From contig QPMI01000283.1 of the NCBI GenBank assembly GCA_004431415.1, forward strand, positions 7,789-71,788: a stretch of DNA of 64,000 nt. Direction: 5' to 3'. Position numbers and translations under genes: made by a program. This stretch comes from Cyanophora paradoxa CCMP329 (lineage: Eukaryota > Plantae > Glaucophyta). Of the stretch, positions 10,151 through 23,724 are shown in pieces (position 1 is the first letter of the stretch; every line of letters begins with the position of its first letter). The notes beneath the pieces are model-generated. The model was not told the origin of the DNA and did no database searches. It worked only from the letters and a program-made list of their open reading frames with translations.

Positions 10151-13100
10151 CTATGGGATCCAAGTGTATCTTCCCAGAACCGCGCGGAGAGCGGGGTGCG
10201 GGCCTAAAGGGTCTGCACGAGGGTCTCCAGCTCGTCGGCCGGCGGCGAGCCGGCCCGGGCCGGCGGTGCCTCGGCGTGGGGGGCGGGGGCGGCGGGGGCC
10301 GGGGCAGGCCCAGGCGGGCGGGAGGGGTGGCGGGGCGGGGGCCCGGAGCATGGCGCGGAGGAGGGCGGCCTCGACGGCGGCGGGGACGGGGCCTCGGGGG
10401 GGCGGGGCGGCGGCGCCCAGCACCTCGAACTCGGGCTCGAGGCCCCCGACGCCCTCCAGCCCCTCCAGCCCCGCCACGCTCCGCGCCCGGCCCCGCACCC
10501 CCGCGGGGGCGGGGCGGGGCGCGGGGAGGGGGCGGCGGAGGCGGGGCGGGTGGGCGGGGCGCTGAAGAGGAGGCTGCTGGGCCCCGGCGAGGCGGAGGAG
10601 GAGGAGCGCGAGGAGGCGCCCCCCGTGGGGAGGAGAGCAGGCGGGCCGCCCCGCCGGGCCGCCCCGCCCCCGCGCTCGAGGCGAAGGAGGCGGAGGCGCT
10701 GGCGGGGCCGCCGGCGGGCGGGGGGCCAGCCCCTCGGGCTGCTCGTCGGGGGCGGCGCCCTTGGCGAGGATCGCCTCCGCCATCTTCCCGAAGCCGACGG
10801 CGCCGGCCGCGTTGAGGGGCGAGGCGCCGCCGACGGGGAGGCGGCCAGGGCCGGCGCGGGGGGAGCCGGCCTCGGAGTCCTCCCCCTCCTCCCCGCCGTG
10901 CCGCGCAGTGAGGGCCCCGTACCTGCGCCCCGCCCGCCCCGGCCCCGTCGGCCCCCAAAGCGCGGGGCGGGGCGGGGGCGGGCCGGGGGCGCACGCGTGC
11001 TTGGCGAGGAGGCCGACGCGGCGGAAGGTGGCGGCGGCCGCGGGGCCCTCGGCGGGGCGGGACCAGGCGGGGTCGGCGGCGAGGCGGGCGCGGAAGGTGG
11101 CGGCGGCGGCGGCGCCCGAGGCGGCGAGGTTGCGGAGGACGACGAAGGCGACCATGGCGAGGAAGGCGAGGTTCAGGCCCAGCAGGCAGACCGTCACCGC
11201 CATCGTGTCCGCCTCCGTGAGGTCCGGGCCCGTCAGGAAGATCCCGCTGTAGATGGTCGTCGTCGACGCGAAGAGGGCGAGGTTGTCGACGAGGTTCAGG
11301 CGCCGCGTCTCCCACGGCTTCATCACGAGGTTCATCGAGAAGAAGAAGACGAGGACGCCGAAGCCGAGGAGGCTCTGGATCAGCTGCCGCCCCTCGAAGA
11401 AGACCACCACGAAGCCGATCACCAGCTTCCGCACCAGCGACACCGTCTCCCAGTACAGCCGCTGCGCGCCCGCCCCGGCCCCCTCAGCGCCGGGCCGGCG
11501 GGGCAGGGCGGGGGCGGGGGGAAGCGGGGCGAGGCGGGCCTCCCTGCGGTAGCCCTTGAAGAGGAAGCTGAACTTGCGGCGGAAGGCGAGCTCCCGCACC
11601 CGGTGCTTGTTCTGCCCGCCCGCCCGGCGTGAGGCCCGCGCCGGCTTGGCCGGCCCTGGCGGCGCTGGCTCACGCGGAGGAGGAGGAGGAAGACGGCGAC
11701 GGGGAGGCCGAGGCCGAAGGCGAGGAGGCAGGGGACCGTGACGGCGAGGAGCCAGAGGCGGTACCCCGCCGAGGCGCACCCGATCGACATCTCCCGCTTC
11801 AGCACCAGCGTCCCGTTCCCCACGTCGATGCACCCGAACATCCGGAACTGCGCGCCCGCGCCCCTCAGCCGGCGCGGGCGGACGTGGCGCGGGGAGGGGC
11901 CGAGGGGCGCGCCAGCTGCTGCGTCACGGTGGGGTAGACGAGGAAGATCGTCACTGTTGCGGGGCTCGCCGCGTCAGCGACGAGGAGGCGGGGGGGGAGC
12001 GGGGCGGGGGCGCACCGAGGGCGGCGGAGACCCAGTAGTCGAGGGCGAGGCGCAGCGGGCGGTGGGCGACGGGGTCCGCCCCCGGCAGCTCCACCGGCGC
12101 CACCCCCGCCCGCGACACGATCGTCGGCGCGAGCGAGGCCGGCGGCGAAGGGCTGCGCGAGGGGCCCGCCCCCGCGTGGAAGGAGATGCCGCGGGGCTTG
12201 CCCGCCCTGCCCGCCGCCCCCTTCACCGCCGCCGCCTCCTCCTCCTCCTCCTCCTCGTCGTCGCGGGGGCGGGAGGCGAGCTCGAGGGGGGCGGGGTCCG
12301 CCGCCCCCGTCGCCTCCTCCACGGGCACCCCCGCCCGATACTGCACCGCCCCCGCGCTGCCCCGCCGCCCCGCCGGCTGCTTCGCCTGCAGCGCCGCCAG
12401 GTCCAGCTGCAGCGAGAGCGTCCGCCGCACACCGACCCCCCGCGCCCCGGCCCCCGCCTTCGCCGCACCCTCCCCCTCCGGATCCCCCTCTCCCGGCGCC
12501 GCCTTGGGGCGCGTGGGAGCGGAGGCGGGGGCGGGAAGGGGCGCGACGCGGGCGGCGGGGGCGGGGAGGGGGGCGTGGCGCTGGCTGAGGAGGCGGTAGG
12601 CGCCCCAGGGGAGAAACACTAGGCCTGGAAAGATGGAGACAAAAATTGGAAGTAGGAGGATGAAGACGAGGCGGGCGTAGAAGGGGTGCATGGCGCCGCC
12701 CTCGAAGGACATGATGCAGTCGACGGAGAAGACGGAGTCCACGGGCGAGCTCGCCGCCCGCTGCACGTCGAAGAAGAACTGCATCGAGAAGGTCCACGGC
12801 TGCAGGGTGCGCGGGGCGCGCCACGTCAGAATCCGCAGCGGGGCGGGGCGGGGCCGGCCGGCGGGGCGGGGCGGGGCGCACGATCTCGAAGTTCTTGGCG
12901 AGGGTGATGATCTGCAGGTAGTCCTGCGCCCGCCGCCCCGCCCCCGTCAGCGCGCGGCGCCGCGGAGCGCCGGAGCGCCTCGCCGGGCTTGCCATCACGA
13001 TCTTGACGAGGACGGATGTCTCGGAGAGGCGGACGCGGCTGGAGCTCGAGAGGTTCGACCAGATCATGAAGCCGGCGACCACGCTGCGGGGCGCGGCGTC

Positions 13101-16100
13101 AGCGCCGCGGCGGCGGGCCGGCGGCCACGCGCCCGGCGGGCCCACCAGATGATGAAGGCCATGAGAGCGCCCTGCGCGGCGTCGCCGATCAGGCGGGGCC
13201 GGCGGGCGCGGGGAAGGCTGGGTGGGCGTGCCATGCCGCGATTTGTCGCGGGGTCGGGGCACTTGACGCAGTCGTAGTCCCCGCGCCGCCCGTACCCCTC
13301 CTGGCACACCGTGCACAGCGGGCCTCCGAAGCTGCCGCCCCCGCCCGCGTCGAACGAGCTGTGGCGGCCGCGGGGCGGGCGAGGGGGCGGGGGCGGACCC
13401 CTCGGCGCAGGGGGTGTGGTTGCGGGCGAGGGCGGCGGCGTTCGGGACGCCGACCGCCGGCGCCAGGCACTGACCCTGCCGCCCCGCCCGCCCCGCGTCG
13501 GGATTGCGAGGGCGGCGGGGGCGGGGGCGGGTGCCGGGGGCTGGCGCACGTTGAGGCACTTGATGAAGGTGGTGGCGTTGTAGGAGGACTGCCAGTACCC
13601 CTCCGCGGGGCGCAGCAGGTCGCCCCCGAAGCATGCCCCGCCCCGCGGGCACCTGCCCGCGCCAAACCCAAGCCCCGCCTTACGCACGGCGAGGCGGGGC
13701 GGGGCGGGGCGAGGCGGGGCGCTGGGCGCACGGGCGGCACTCGGTGGCGTCCTTGAGGGCGTTGTCGAGGAGGGAGTAGCTGCCAGGCGGGCACCAGGTG
13801 CACACCGAGCTGAGCGGCAGCTGCACCTCGCCCACCACGCACCCCCGCAGCGGCACCTCCACCGCCGCCCGCAGCGCCGCCCGCCCCGCCGCTTGCAGCA
13901 CGAACGTGATCCGCTGCCGCCCCGCGTCAGGGGCGCCCGCGCGTGCGTGGGGCGGGGCAGGGCGCGGGGCGGGGCGGACGGGGGAGGAGCCCGGGCGGGA
14001 GATGACGACGAGGGCGTCGAAGGTCGCCACGCCGCGCACCGTCGCCGCCACCACGCTCCCCTTCAGCGCCGCCTCCCCCGCCCCCGTCCCGTTCCACGCC
14101 GCGGGGGCGGCGGGGCCGTCGAGGTCGGCGAGGGCGGCGGCGTCGAAGGCTTTCACCGCGCTCCCGGAGTCGGAGAGCAGGCGCGCCCCGTACCCGTCCA
14201 CCAGCTCCGCCGCGAACGCCACCGCCTCGCCCGACGCCGGCCGCCCCGTCGCCAGCGCCACCCGCAGCGCCTTCTCCTCCGTCCCGCACCCCGCCCCGTA
14301 CCCCGCCGCGTTGCCGGCGAGGGCGGCGCAGGGGGCGGGGCGAAGGCGGGGCAGCGGGGGCCGGGGCGGGGTCGGAGAGGAAGAAGGCGCCGCCGCCGGC
14401 CCGCGCCGCGTTCCCCGCCACCGACGCTGCCGCGAGCGAGACGGCGTCGCAGTCCGGGGGCAGGGCGAGGTGACCGGCGCCGCCCCGCTCGGCGGCGTTC
14501 CCCTCGAGGGCGGTGCCGGCGACCTCGAGGCGCGCCCAGGCCCTCCCGCGGCGGGGGCGCCGTACGCGAAGCCGCCCCGTTGCGGGCGCCGCGATTGCCG
14601 GCGAGGGAGCCGCCCACGAGGCGCAGCGCGCCGCCCGAGACGTGCGCGCCGCCCCCGTCCGTCGCGTTGTTGCCCGCCACGGCGGCGAGGGCCACGCGCA
14701 GGCCGCCCGACGAGAGGAGGATGCCGCCGCCGGCCCCGCCGGCCCGGTTGCCCGACACCGCACCGCCCTCCACCGCCGAGCGCTCGCAGCTCGTCGCCAC
14801 CCGCAGCGCCCCGCCGTCCCCGCTGCGCGCGGGCGCGTGAGGCGGGGTGGGGCGGGTGGGGCGGGTGGGGCGGGGCGGGGCGGACGCGGCGACGTTGGCC
14901 TCGAGGGTGCAGGCGACGAGGGCGACGCAGGCGGCGTCGGCGACGTCCACGCCGGCCCCGGCGCCCCCGCCCCGCCCGTCCGAGACCCGGTTGCCCGCCA
15001 CGCGCGAGGCCGCCGCGGCGAAGGCGCAGGCGCCGGCGGCGGAGACGGCGCCGCCGCGGTCGCCGGCGGCGTTGCCGGCGAGCGTCGCCCCGTCGCGTTC
15101 ACCGCCGCGTCGTCGGCGCAGTGCAGCGCCCCGCCGCGCTGCGCGGCCCGGTTGCCGCCCGCCGCCGTCTCCGCGAGCGTCACCGCCGCCGCGTGCAGCG
15201 CCGAGATCGCCCCCTGCGCCGCCCCCGGCGCTCGGGGCGAGGCGTGGCGCGGGGCTGAGGCGGGGGCGGACCCCCTGGGCGGCGGCGTTGGCGCGGAAGG
15301 AGGAGGCGGTGACGGCCACGCGGGTCGAGCGCGTCACCGAGAGCGCCCCCTGCGCCCGCCGCCCCCCGTCGGAGCGCGTCGGGGGGCGTCCTGGGCGACG
15401 CGGAGCGGGGCGGGGCGGGGGCGCGGGGCGGCGCACGCCGGAGACGGTGGCGGTGTTGTTCTCGAAGGAGCAGGCGGCGAGGGCGTTGCGCGTGCCCGGC
15501 GAGGTGATGGCGAGGGCGAGGGCGCCCCCCGCCGAGTCGTACCCGACCGCACCGTTCCCCACGAAGGCGCTCCGCTCGGCGGCCACGCTCGCGTCGCCCT
15601 CGGCGGCGACGGCGCCGCCGTCCGAGTGGGAGTGGCAGCCGTGCAGCTCGGCCCCCGCGAGGGCGAGGGCGGCGGAGGAGACGAAGATGGCGCCGCCGGG
15701 CCCGTCGCTCGAGGCGCCGTGCACGCTCGAGTTCTCCACGCGCAGCGCGCACCGCCCCGCGAGGGCCACCGCGCCCCCGGCCCCCGTCGCCGCGCTCCCC
15801 TCGAGGGCCACGCGCGTGAGCAGCACGTGGGCGGTGCCGCCGGCGAGAGGGCTCGGGACGGTGGCGGCCGAGGCGCCGGCGGGGGCGCAGTCGGTGACGG
15901 CGGCGAAGCCACCGTGGGCCTGGGGGCGGAGGTGGCGGTGCGGGCGGCGGTGGAGTCGGCGAGGGCGACGACGGCGCCTGCGAGGTAGAGGGCGCCCCCG
16001 CCCTGCGCCCCCCACGCCCCGTTGATGGCGAGGCGCCGCGCCGTCACCGCCGTCGGGGCCGCCGCGTAGAGGAAGCCGCCGCGGTCCGCCCGCGAGTCCG

Positions 16101-19100
16101 TCGCCGCCACGTCCTCCAGCGAGAGGCTCACCCGCGCCGAGGCGTCCCCGGCGTAGATGGCGCCCCCGGCGCCCGTGCCGGAGCCGTCGGGGGCGGCGGC
16201 GGAGCTGCGGGCGAAGGTGGAGGCGAAGAGGTGGAGGGCGGCGGGGCGGATGGTGGCGAGGCCGGCGGCGTCGCGGGAGGGGAAGCCCCCGAAGGAGAGG
16301 GCGCCCCCGAGGAGCGCCGCGTTCCCCTCGAAGGTCAGCCCCGCCAGGCTCCCGCTCGTCCCGTCCACCACCCACGCCCCGCCCCCGTGGCCCAGCCCCG
16401 CGCTGTTGTTCACGAACCGCGTGCCCCGCAGCACCAGCAGCTCCGCCCGCTTCACCGAGAGCGCCCCGCCGCCGCCCGGGGTGCCGGGCGCGAGGGCCCC
16501 GCCGCCGGCGCCGAGGCCGTTGGCGTTGCGGAGGAAGGAGGAGCCGTCGATGGACACGAGCTCGGCGACCTCCACGTGCAGCGCCCCGCCTGCCCCGCCC
16601 CGCCCCGCCTCAGCGACCCCGCCCGAGCGCCACAACCCGGGCCAGCGCTGGGCACCGCCGAGGACGTAGTAGCTGCCGGCGAGGGGCGGGCTCCCGGCGG
16701 GCAGCTCCGCGAAGTTGTCGGCGAAGAGGCAGCCCTCGACGCGCACCTCCCCGCTGTAGACCACCTGCACCGCCCCGCCCCCGGCGATCACCGCCCCCGG
16801 CGAGTACGTGTTGCACTGCCCCCCGCCCGGGTCAGCCGGCGGCCGAAGGGAGCGGGGGCCTGGGCGGGGCGGGGCGGACGGAGAGGAAGGCGTTCTCGGG
16901 CCCGTAGGCGGGGTTGCGCAGGGGGCAGTCCTCGGGGGTCCCCACTGCGCGCGGCAGGGGGCGCGAGGCTCAGGGGCGGGCAGACGGGGCGGGGCGGGGG
17001 GCGGGGGAGCGGACGGCGGCGGTTGCGGCGGAACTCGACGTCGCGGAGGAGCACGCGGCGGGCGAGCCGCACCCGCAGCGCGCCCCCGGGGCCCGAGCAG
17101 CCGACGAAGCGGCTCTCCTCCACCGCCACCGTCAGCCGCGCGTCCCGCCCCGCCAGGTCCCACCCCCGCGGGTTGAAGAGCAGGCACCCGGGCACGGCGT
17201 AGGCCCCCGCGGGGGCGGCGCCATTGAGCCAGGTGATGCCGCGGATGCGGATGCCGCGGGCGAAGGAGTTGACGAAGGCGGTGGGGGCCCCCGCCGAGGC
17301 GCAGTCGATGGCCGTGTAGTCGCGGCCGCGCAGGCCGACGACGCTGATCTCGTAGGGCGTCGTCGTGTTGCCGAGCACGTCCCCGTCGGGCCCCCCGCAG
17401 AAGCCGGGGCCCTCGTAGCGCCCCGGCAGCAGCGCGATGCTCGTCCCCGCCGCCACGCCCCGCGCCGCCCGCAGCAGCGTCGCGTACGGGCGCGCGAAGG
17501 AGCCGTCCCCGCCGGCGTCGCTCCCCCCGGGCGCCACGTACACCGCCCTCCTCCCCTCCCCCTCCGCCAGCGCCGCCGGCATCGGGCAGAAGCCGCACAC
17601 CCCGCTCCCGGGGTACGCCGCGCCGGCGCCGGTGCAGTCGCCGGCGCGGAGGGCGGCGGCGGCCGCGGCGGGGAAGGAGGGGAGGGCGGCGCAGTCGGGG
17701 TCGAGGGCGCCGCAGCCGCAGTCGCAGACGCCGTCGGCCCAGCGCGCGTGCCCGCACTTCCACCCCGCCTCCGTCACCGCGCAGTTCTCCCCATAGAACC
17801 CCGCCTCGCACCTGCCGCCCCCTCAGCGCCGGCCGCCCCCGCCGGGAGGGGAGGGGGGGCGGGGGCGCATGCGCACTGGCACTCGCCGCGCACGCAGGCG
17901 CCGTGGCCGGAGCAGCCGCCGCGGGGGCAGGTGACGGAGCGGTAGCTCGCCCCCGCGAGGGGGTTCGCGTTGGAGGCCCCGCTCGCGAAGGTCACCGCGA
18001 GGGCCGCCCCCGAGCCCTTCACCGTGCCCCCCGGGTACCCGCTCTCGGCGCGCAGGAGGACGGGGGCGGCGGCGTCGGGCCCGTCGTGGACGGCGAGGGT
18101 GTCCCCCGGGGCGAGGGCGGCGGCGAGGGCGGGGAGGGTGAGCCACACGGAGTCGTACCCCGCGGCGCGCTGGTCCAGCAGCCACGCGCATGCCGCCGCC
18201 GGGGCGGGCGGGGCGAAGGCGGCGGTGACGGAGGGGGCGGCGGGGGCGGCGAGGGGGACGGGCGCGGGCCCGCAGAAGCCGGTCTCGCGGGCGTAGGCGG
18301 CCTCGAAGCCGGGCCCGACGCCCTCCCCGTCCGACGCGAAGGCGACGTAGAGGGCCGGGCCCGAGGAGCGCAGCTCCAGCGGCCCGGCGCCCGCCCCCGC
18401 CAGCTCCCCCAGCAGCGGCGCCCCGGCGTCCGCCCCGTCGTGCACGGTGACCGTGTCCCCGGGGCCCAGCTCGAGGCGCGAGAAGCGGAGCACGATGGAG
18501 CCGGCGGCGGCGGCGGGGGCGATGCGCCAGGCGCAGGCCATGCCGTTGACGTAGGTCCCGCCGGCGGCGCCGTCGGAGAGTGTGCCGGCGTCGGCGGTGA
18601 GGGCGGCCTCGCCGGCGCAGAGGGCGCCCCCGCCGGCGGTCTCGTAGGCCACGGCGAAGGAGGGGACGGGCCCCGCGAGGGCCGCCCCCGAGGTCGCCAC
18701 GTAGGAGAGGTAGACCGAGGAGGAGGTCGAGGTGTACGCCAGGCCGGCGGCGGGGCCCGTGAGGGCCGCCATCAGCAGCCCGCCGGCCGCCGAGGGCGGC
18801 GGGCCGTCGTAGAGGGACAGGAAGTCCCGCCCAGGGGCCCCCTCGAAGCGGGCCACGGTCACCCGGACCGCCGCCGGGGCGCCCCCGCCGGGCGCCAGCC
18901 GCCACGTGCAGCGGAGCAGGGGGAAGGCGGGGTCGGCGGCGGGGCCCGAGCCCGGCAGCGCGCGCACGGCGAAGGGGTCGCCGGCCCCGGCCGCCCCGCG
19001 GAAGACGGCCCCCGGGCCGGGCGGGGCGTCGGCGCCGGCGATGCAGTCGGCGGGGCCCCAGGCGAGGGCGAGGGCGGGGGCGGGGCGGCCCGGGGAGCGG

Positions 19101-21626
19101 AGGAGCTCGAGGGTGAAGGGGGCGCCGGAGCGGGAGAGGAAGGTGGAGGGGCGGGCCTCGCGGGGGTCCAGCGAGCCCCGGAAGGTCGCCACCAGCGCCG
19201 CCTCGTCCCGCCCCGCCCCCTCGAACAGCCGCACCCGGTCGAGCTCGTCCCCCGAGAGCGACAGTAGCGCCAGCGCGAACGGCCCCGCCGCCTCCGGCGC
19301 CACCGTCCACACCGTGCACGCCGCCTCCGCCGCCGCCCCCGCCAGCTCCGCCCGCCCCCTCGCCCCCGTGAAGGAGCGCGCCGCGCACGCCACCGCCCGG
19401 TACTGCGCGACGATGCCCGTGTAGGGGTACGCGTCGCCGACGCGGGGGCCCGGGTCGGCGGCGAAGCGGAGGGCCATGCCGCGGACGCCCGGCGGCGTGG
19501 CGAGGGCGAAGGGCAGCGCGAGGCCGCTGTACCCCGCCAGCAGCTCCGCCCCTGGGGCGTCCAGCGCCGTGCCGGCCCAGACGCTGAGCGTGTCCTTCCC
19601 GTGCACGCTCTCGAAGCTCGAGAAGCTGAGGAGGAGCACGTCGTAGGGGCCCGGCGGGTCGATCACCCACTCGCAGGCCGCCCCGGGCGCGTAGGCGACG
19701 CCGGTCGGAGTGCTGTGGATGGTGCCGGCGGGGGCGGTGAGGGTGGCGGGGCCGGCGCAGGCGGCGAGCGGGGCGGGCGCGAGGGCGAGGCGGAGGGCGA
19801 CGGCGGCGTCGAAGGCGAGGCTCGCGGGGAAGAGCTCCAGGAGCAGCTCGTCCCCCGCCGTCACCGCCGCCGGCAGCCTCTGGGCCGCCGCCCCCAGCGC
19901 GGGGTCCGCCGGCAGGCGCCGCGAGGAGGCCCCCGCCAGCACGCGCGCTCCGGGCGCCCGCGACGGGTCCGTCACCTGCGCCGGCCCCCGCGAGGGTGAG
20001 CGGGGGCGGGGGCGGGCCGGGGCCGGGGGCGGGGGGGCGGGCCTTGAGGAAGCCGGCGGCCATGAGGTCGAGGGCGAGGAGCTGCACGGCGATCGCCTGC
20101 CCGCCCCCGCCCCCGCCCGCCACCGGCAGCACGGCGCGCACGCCCCGCCCTCCAGCTCCGCCCGTCCCACGCTCAGCTCCGCCGGCACCCCGCCCAGCAC
20201 CCGCGTCGCCGTGCAGTCCGCTGCCGCCCGCGGCCCGCACCGTGAGCGGCCGCGTCGGGCGGGGCGGGGCGGGGCGGGGCGGGGCGGGGCGGGGCGGGCC
20301 GGTGCTCCAGGCGGCGGAGAAGGAGGAGCCGGGGCCGGGGACGTAGGCGAAGAGGAAGAGGGCGCCGTCCCCCACGAAGACCGCCCCGGGCGCGGGGGCC
20401 GTCCCCTCCGCCCCCGCGAAGCGCGCCAGCGGCCGCCCGTTGCGGTCCGTCCCCGCGAAGAGCTTCAGCACCGCCCCCGGCGCCAGGCTCGCCCCGCTGA
20501 AGCTCAGCGTCACCGCGTCCCTCCCCGACGCCTCGAGCCTCCAGGCGATGCAGGTGGGGGAGGAGTCGGAGGGGAGGAGGGCGATGGAGCCCGAGCCCGG
20601 GGCGGTGTCCACCACCGTCAGCGGCGCGCACGCCTCGCTCGCGATGTGGTAGCTCCACCGGCTGTAGTCCCCCGCCTTGTTGCTCCACCACATCACCGAC
20701 GCCGGCGCCCGCACAGCATCCACCGCGCCCAGGTGCGTCTGCGACGCGTCCTGCGCGCTCACCGGCGTGTACTGATCGTAGATGGTGTTCCCCCAGTTGC
20801 TCGCCAGCTCAGTCCCCGTCACCTGCCGACGGCGGCGGGCGCATGCATGTGGTCAGACCACATGTACATTAAGCGCCGCGCGCGCGCGCCCGCAGGCCGC
20901 AGGCCGCGGCTGCGCACTATCGTCAACTCGTCCCAGTCGCTGCCGAGCAGGACGAGGTTGTGGATCTTGAAGCCGATCTGCAGCGTACGATCAGGAGGCA
21001 GCGCTAGCACTGTGTGCATACGCATGCGAGCGAGCTGAAGCGGCGGTGCGAGATCGCGCACCTCGCACTGCGTCTCCACGCACAGATCCGGCACGACACT
21101 CTGCGTACGCGCCGAGTTAGCTCTAGGGTCCGAAATGCGGCGGCCGCACAGTTCTAGAGCAATCAGACGCGCCCAGTGGCACCAACGCATCACCACATCG
21201 CCCTGGAGGCAGCAATGAGATACAGCGAGGACGGCGTACGCGCGCTTCACTGACCTGCGTCCCGCCCTCGAGCACGCCGCTCTCTGCCGTGAGTGTCGTG
21301 TCGCCCCGGCAGTACCCGCCTTCGCCGCCGACGAAGCTGAGAAAGGAAGTACATGCCAGGGCCGCCAAGAGGAGTACCAGAGAACGCCCACAGCGAGCGG
21401 CTGCAGGATCTCCCTCAAGGGGACCTTTCCGTGCTCGAGCTCGGCCGACCGAAGCCGCTCCGGATCCGGCGGTGGATGGCGGGCTGGGCACTCTTCGTGG
21501 TCCAATCCCACGAACTGGAGCCCCAACGTTGAGATCCGTCGAGCTGTAGGCATGTTTGTTTCTCGAAGTGCACAGCGAGCCGGTCCACGCTCGCGGTAAC
21601 CCGCCGCGGCCGCCGCCTTCGTTCAT
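10151..21626 (-). CDS. Very large cell-surface multi-pass membrane protein: multiple CUB domains, EGF-like domain, beta-helix/POMP-like GGA repeats, Cys-rich region, C-terminal multi-TM domain (multi-exon; ends approximate)
   Basis: Hydrophobic leader LVLLLAALACTSFLSF; CUB-type blocks (CAGPATLTAPAGTIH...CEWVI...LLSFSSFES...DTLSVW; YVNGMACAWRI...LRFSRLEL...DTVTVHDG); EGF CSGHGACVRGECQC; VYVAPGGSDAGGDGSFARPYATL; many FxxNxA..GGA(L/I/V) repeats; CxxC region; TM block with FLVYPTV, FSFLFKGYR, YWETVSLVRKL and KPWE. Confidence 0.8.
20257..20297. repeat. (GGGGC)n/(GCCCC)n pentamer array; representative of many intronic arrays across the window
   Basis: About 7-8 tandem GGGGC units; similar arrays at 8222-8250, 32719-32740, 56400-56420, 56950-56995 and 60180-60205. 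Confidence 0.85.
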
Positions 21627-22095
21627 CTACGGGAGGCTGCTTGCTATTTTATTGATCTGGGATATACATCTCCGAGCAGCTGCAGCAGTTGATGATGAAG
21701 AGCTCGAGTATCCGTCGACGTCGGCGCTGGGCCCGGCCCAGAATCCTGGACGACGCCGCGGCCGCAAGAGCAAGTCTCGAGGAGGAGCGTAAACAGATCG
21801 CGATGAGGCCTAGGCCTAGGTCGGTAGCGACGCCAAGAGACACTCCTGCTGCGGCCCCGTTTGCTTCTAGAACGAAGTGCTGCTGCCCGACGCTTTGGGG
21901 AAATTATTGCAGTTGGACCAGGATCGAGTCTGGACTCTGGATAGAAAGCCACCTCGATCCGGATCCGATCGATATATCGAGCACCGCAATTAATGAGCGC
22001 TAGCTGGATCGGCAATGAACGTACCCTGGCAGGGGGGAAAGGGAAGCAAGTGGGTACACATCGTGAGCCCGCAGTTCGGGTCGATGCATATGCAT

Positions 22096-23724
22096 ATGGC
22101 GTCGACGTCGCTGCTATCGATGCGCACGCGCGCCCTGCAGCCTTCGACCCGGCTGGCAGCAGCGCGAAGGGTCGCCAGCTCCAGCGCACCCCTAGCCGCG
22201 ACCGCGCCCGTAGCTACGGTCGCCCTCGCGCCGTACGCGTACGACGCGAAGGCCCTCGCTCGATCGGTGCCGATAATCGGACAGCGCGGCTTCGCCACCG
22301 CCGCGAAGAAGAGTCCAGCAGCGGAGCTGCGGGCGCTCTTCAGCAAGGACGGGTGCTCTTCAGCACAATCCTGCTTTCTTCGACGCTGACGGCTTCGCGC
22401 AGCTGCGTCACGATCCCCTGCGCCTATGACGCGCTGTCGGCAAAACTTGTCCAGCGCGCTGGCTTCCCCGCGACCTTCATGTCGGGCTTCTGCACGGCAG
22501 GCGCGCAATGTAGCCGGCCTCGGCGACCGTCGGCCGCGCGCGGGGCTGAGCGTCCGATCCGGCGCAGGGGCGCGGCTGGCGTTCCCTGACACGCAGCTCA
22601 TCAGCTTCGGGGAGATGCTGGACCAGGGGCGCAACATCTGCGGCGCCGTCAGCATACCGGTCATCGGGGACGGCGACACCGGCTACGGCAACGCGGTGCG
22701 AGCCCTCTTCGATTTCGCCGCCCGGCGGCGGGGCGGGCGGGCGACGGGGCCGGGGCGGGGGCAGCTGAACGTGAAGCGGACGGTGCGGGAGTACGCGCGG
22801 GCCGGCTTCGCGTGCATCATGATCGAGGACCAGCTCCAGCCGAAGCGCTGCGGCCACACCAAGGCTCGCCCGCCCCCCTGCCCCGACCGCGCCGCGTGCG
22901 CGGGGCGAGGGGGGGCGGGGGCAGGGGAAGGCGGTGGTGGGGCGGGAGGAGGCGCTGGCGCGGGTGCGGGCGGCGGTGGACGCGACGCGCGAGGGCGCCG
23001 ACATCATGATCCTCGCCCGCACGGACGCGCGCCAGACCCTCGGCTTCGAGGAGGCCCTCTGGCGCTGCAACGAGTTCCGCAAGGCCCGCCCCGGACCGGG
23101 CCCCGGGGGCGGCGCCGGGCGGGGGGCCTGGGCTGAGGGGCGGGGGCAGCTGGGGGCTGAGATCACGTTCATGGAGGCGCCCGAGTCGGAGGCGGAGATG
23201 GCCGAGTACTGCCGCCGCGTCGACGGCTGGAAGATGGGTGAAGCCCGAGCCCTGACCCTGCTCGAGCATGCCGTAACTCCCTTACTCACGCGTTTGTTTT
23301 TTTTCCCCAGCGAATATGTTGGAATTCGGAAAGACTGTACCCCCCCGTCCCCCGCCCCCCGCCCCCCCTCCTGGTCGCGGCGGCTGAGGCGCGGGCCCGG
23401 GCAGCCGATCCTGCCGAACGAGGCGCTGGGGCGGATGGGCTTCAAGCTGGCGATCTACCCGCTGACGCTGATGTCGGCGTCGGTGAAGGCGATGCAGGAG
23501 ACGCTCGCGGCCCTCAAGAAGGGCGACACCCCGCTCGACAAGCTCCTCCCCTTCTCCGAGGCCCGCCCCGCCCCGCCCCCCGCCCCTCCCGGGGCCTGAC
23601 GTCAACGGGGCGGGCGGGGCAGCTGCGGGACGTCGTCGGCTTCCCGGAGTACTACGCGGAGGAGGAGAAGTACGCAACCGCCGCCGACCGCGCCGTCGCC
23701 CGCGCCGCGCCCCCGAAGGACTAG
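22096..23724 (+). CDS. Isocitrate lyase/PEP mutase superfamily enzyme (methylisocitrate/dimethylmalate-lyase-like) with a probable mitochondrial presequence; 9 exons
   Basis: PCAYDALSAKLV, FMSGF, IPVIGDGDTGYGN, IEDQLQPKRCGHTK, ILARTDA, ANMLEFGKTP and GFKLAIYP. N-terminus is Arg/Ala/Ser-rich and ends ...QRGFATAAKK. Alternative in-frame ATGs at 22084 and 22090. Confidence 0.92.

Noticed and set aside
22084-22098. ATGCATATGCATATG triple in-frame ATG as a dual-targeting device
   Set aside because: The starts differ by only 2-4 residues, too little to alter targeting; probably a simple palindromic repeat.
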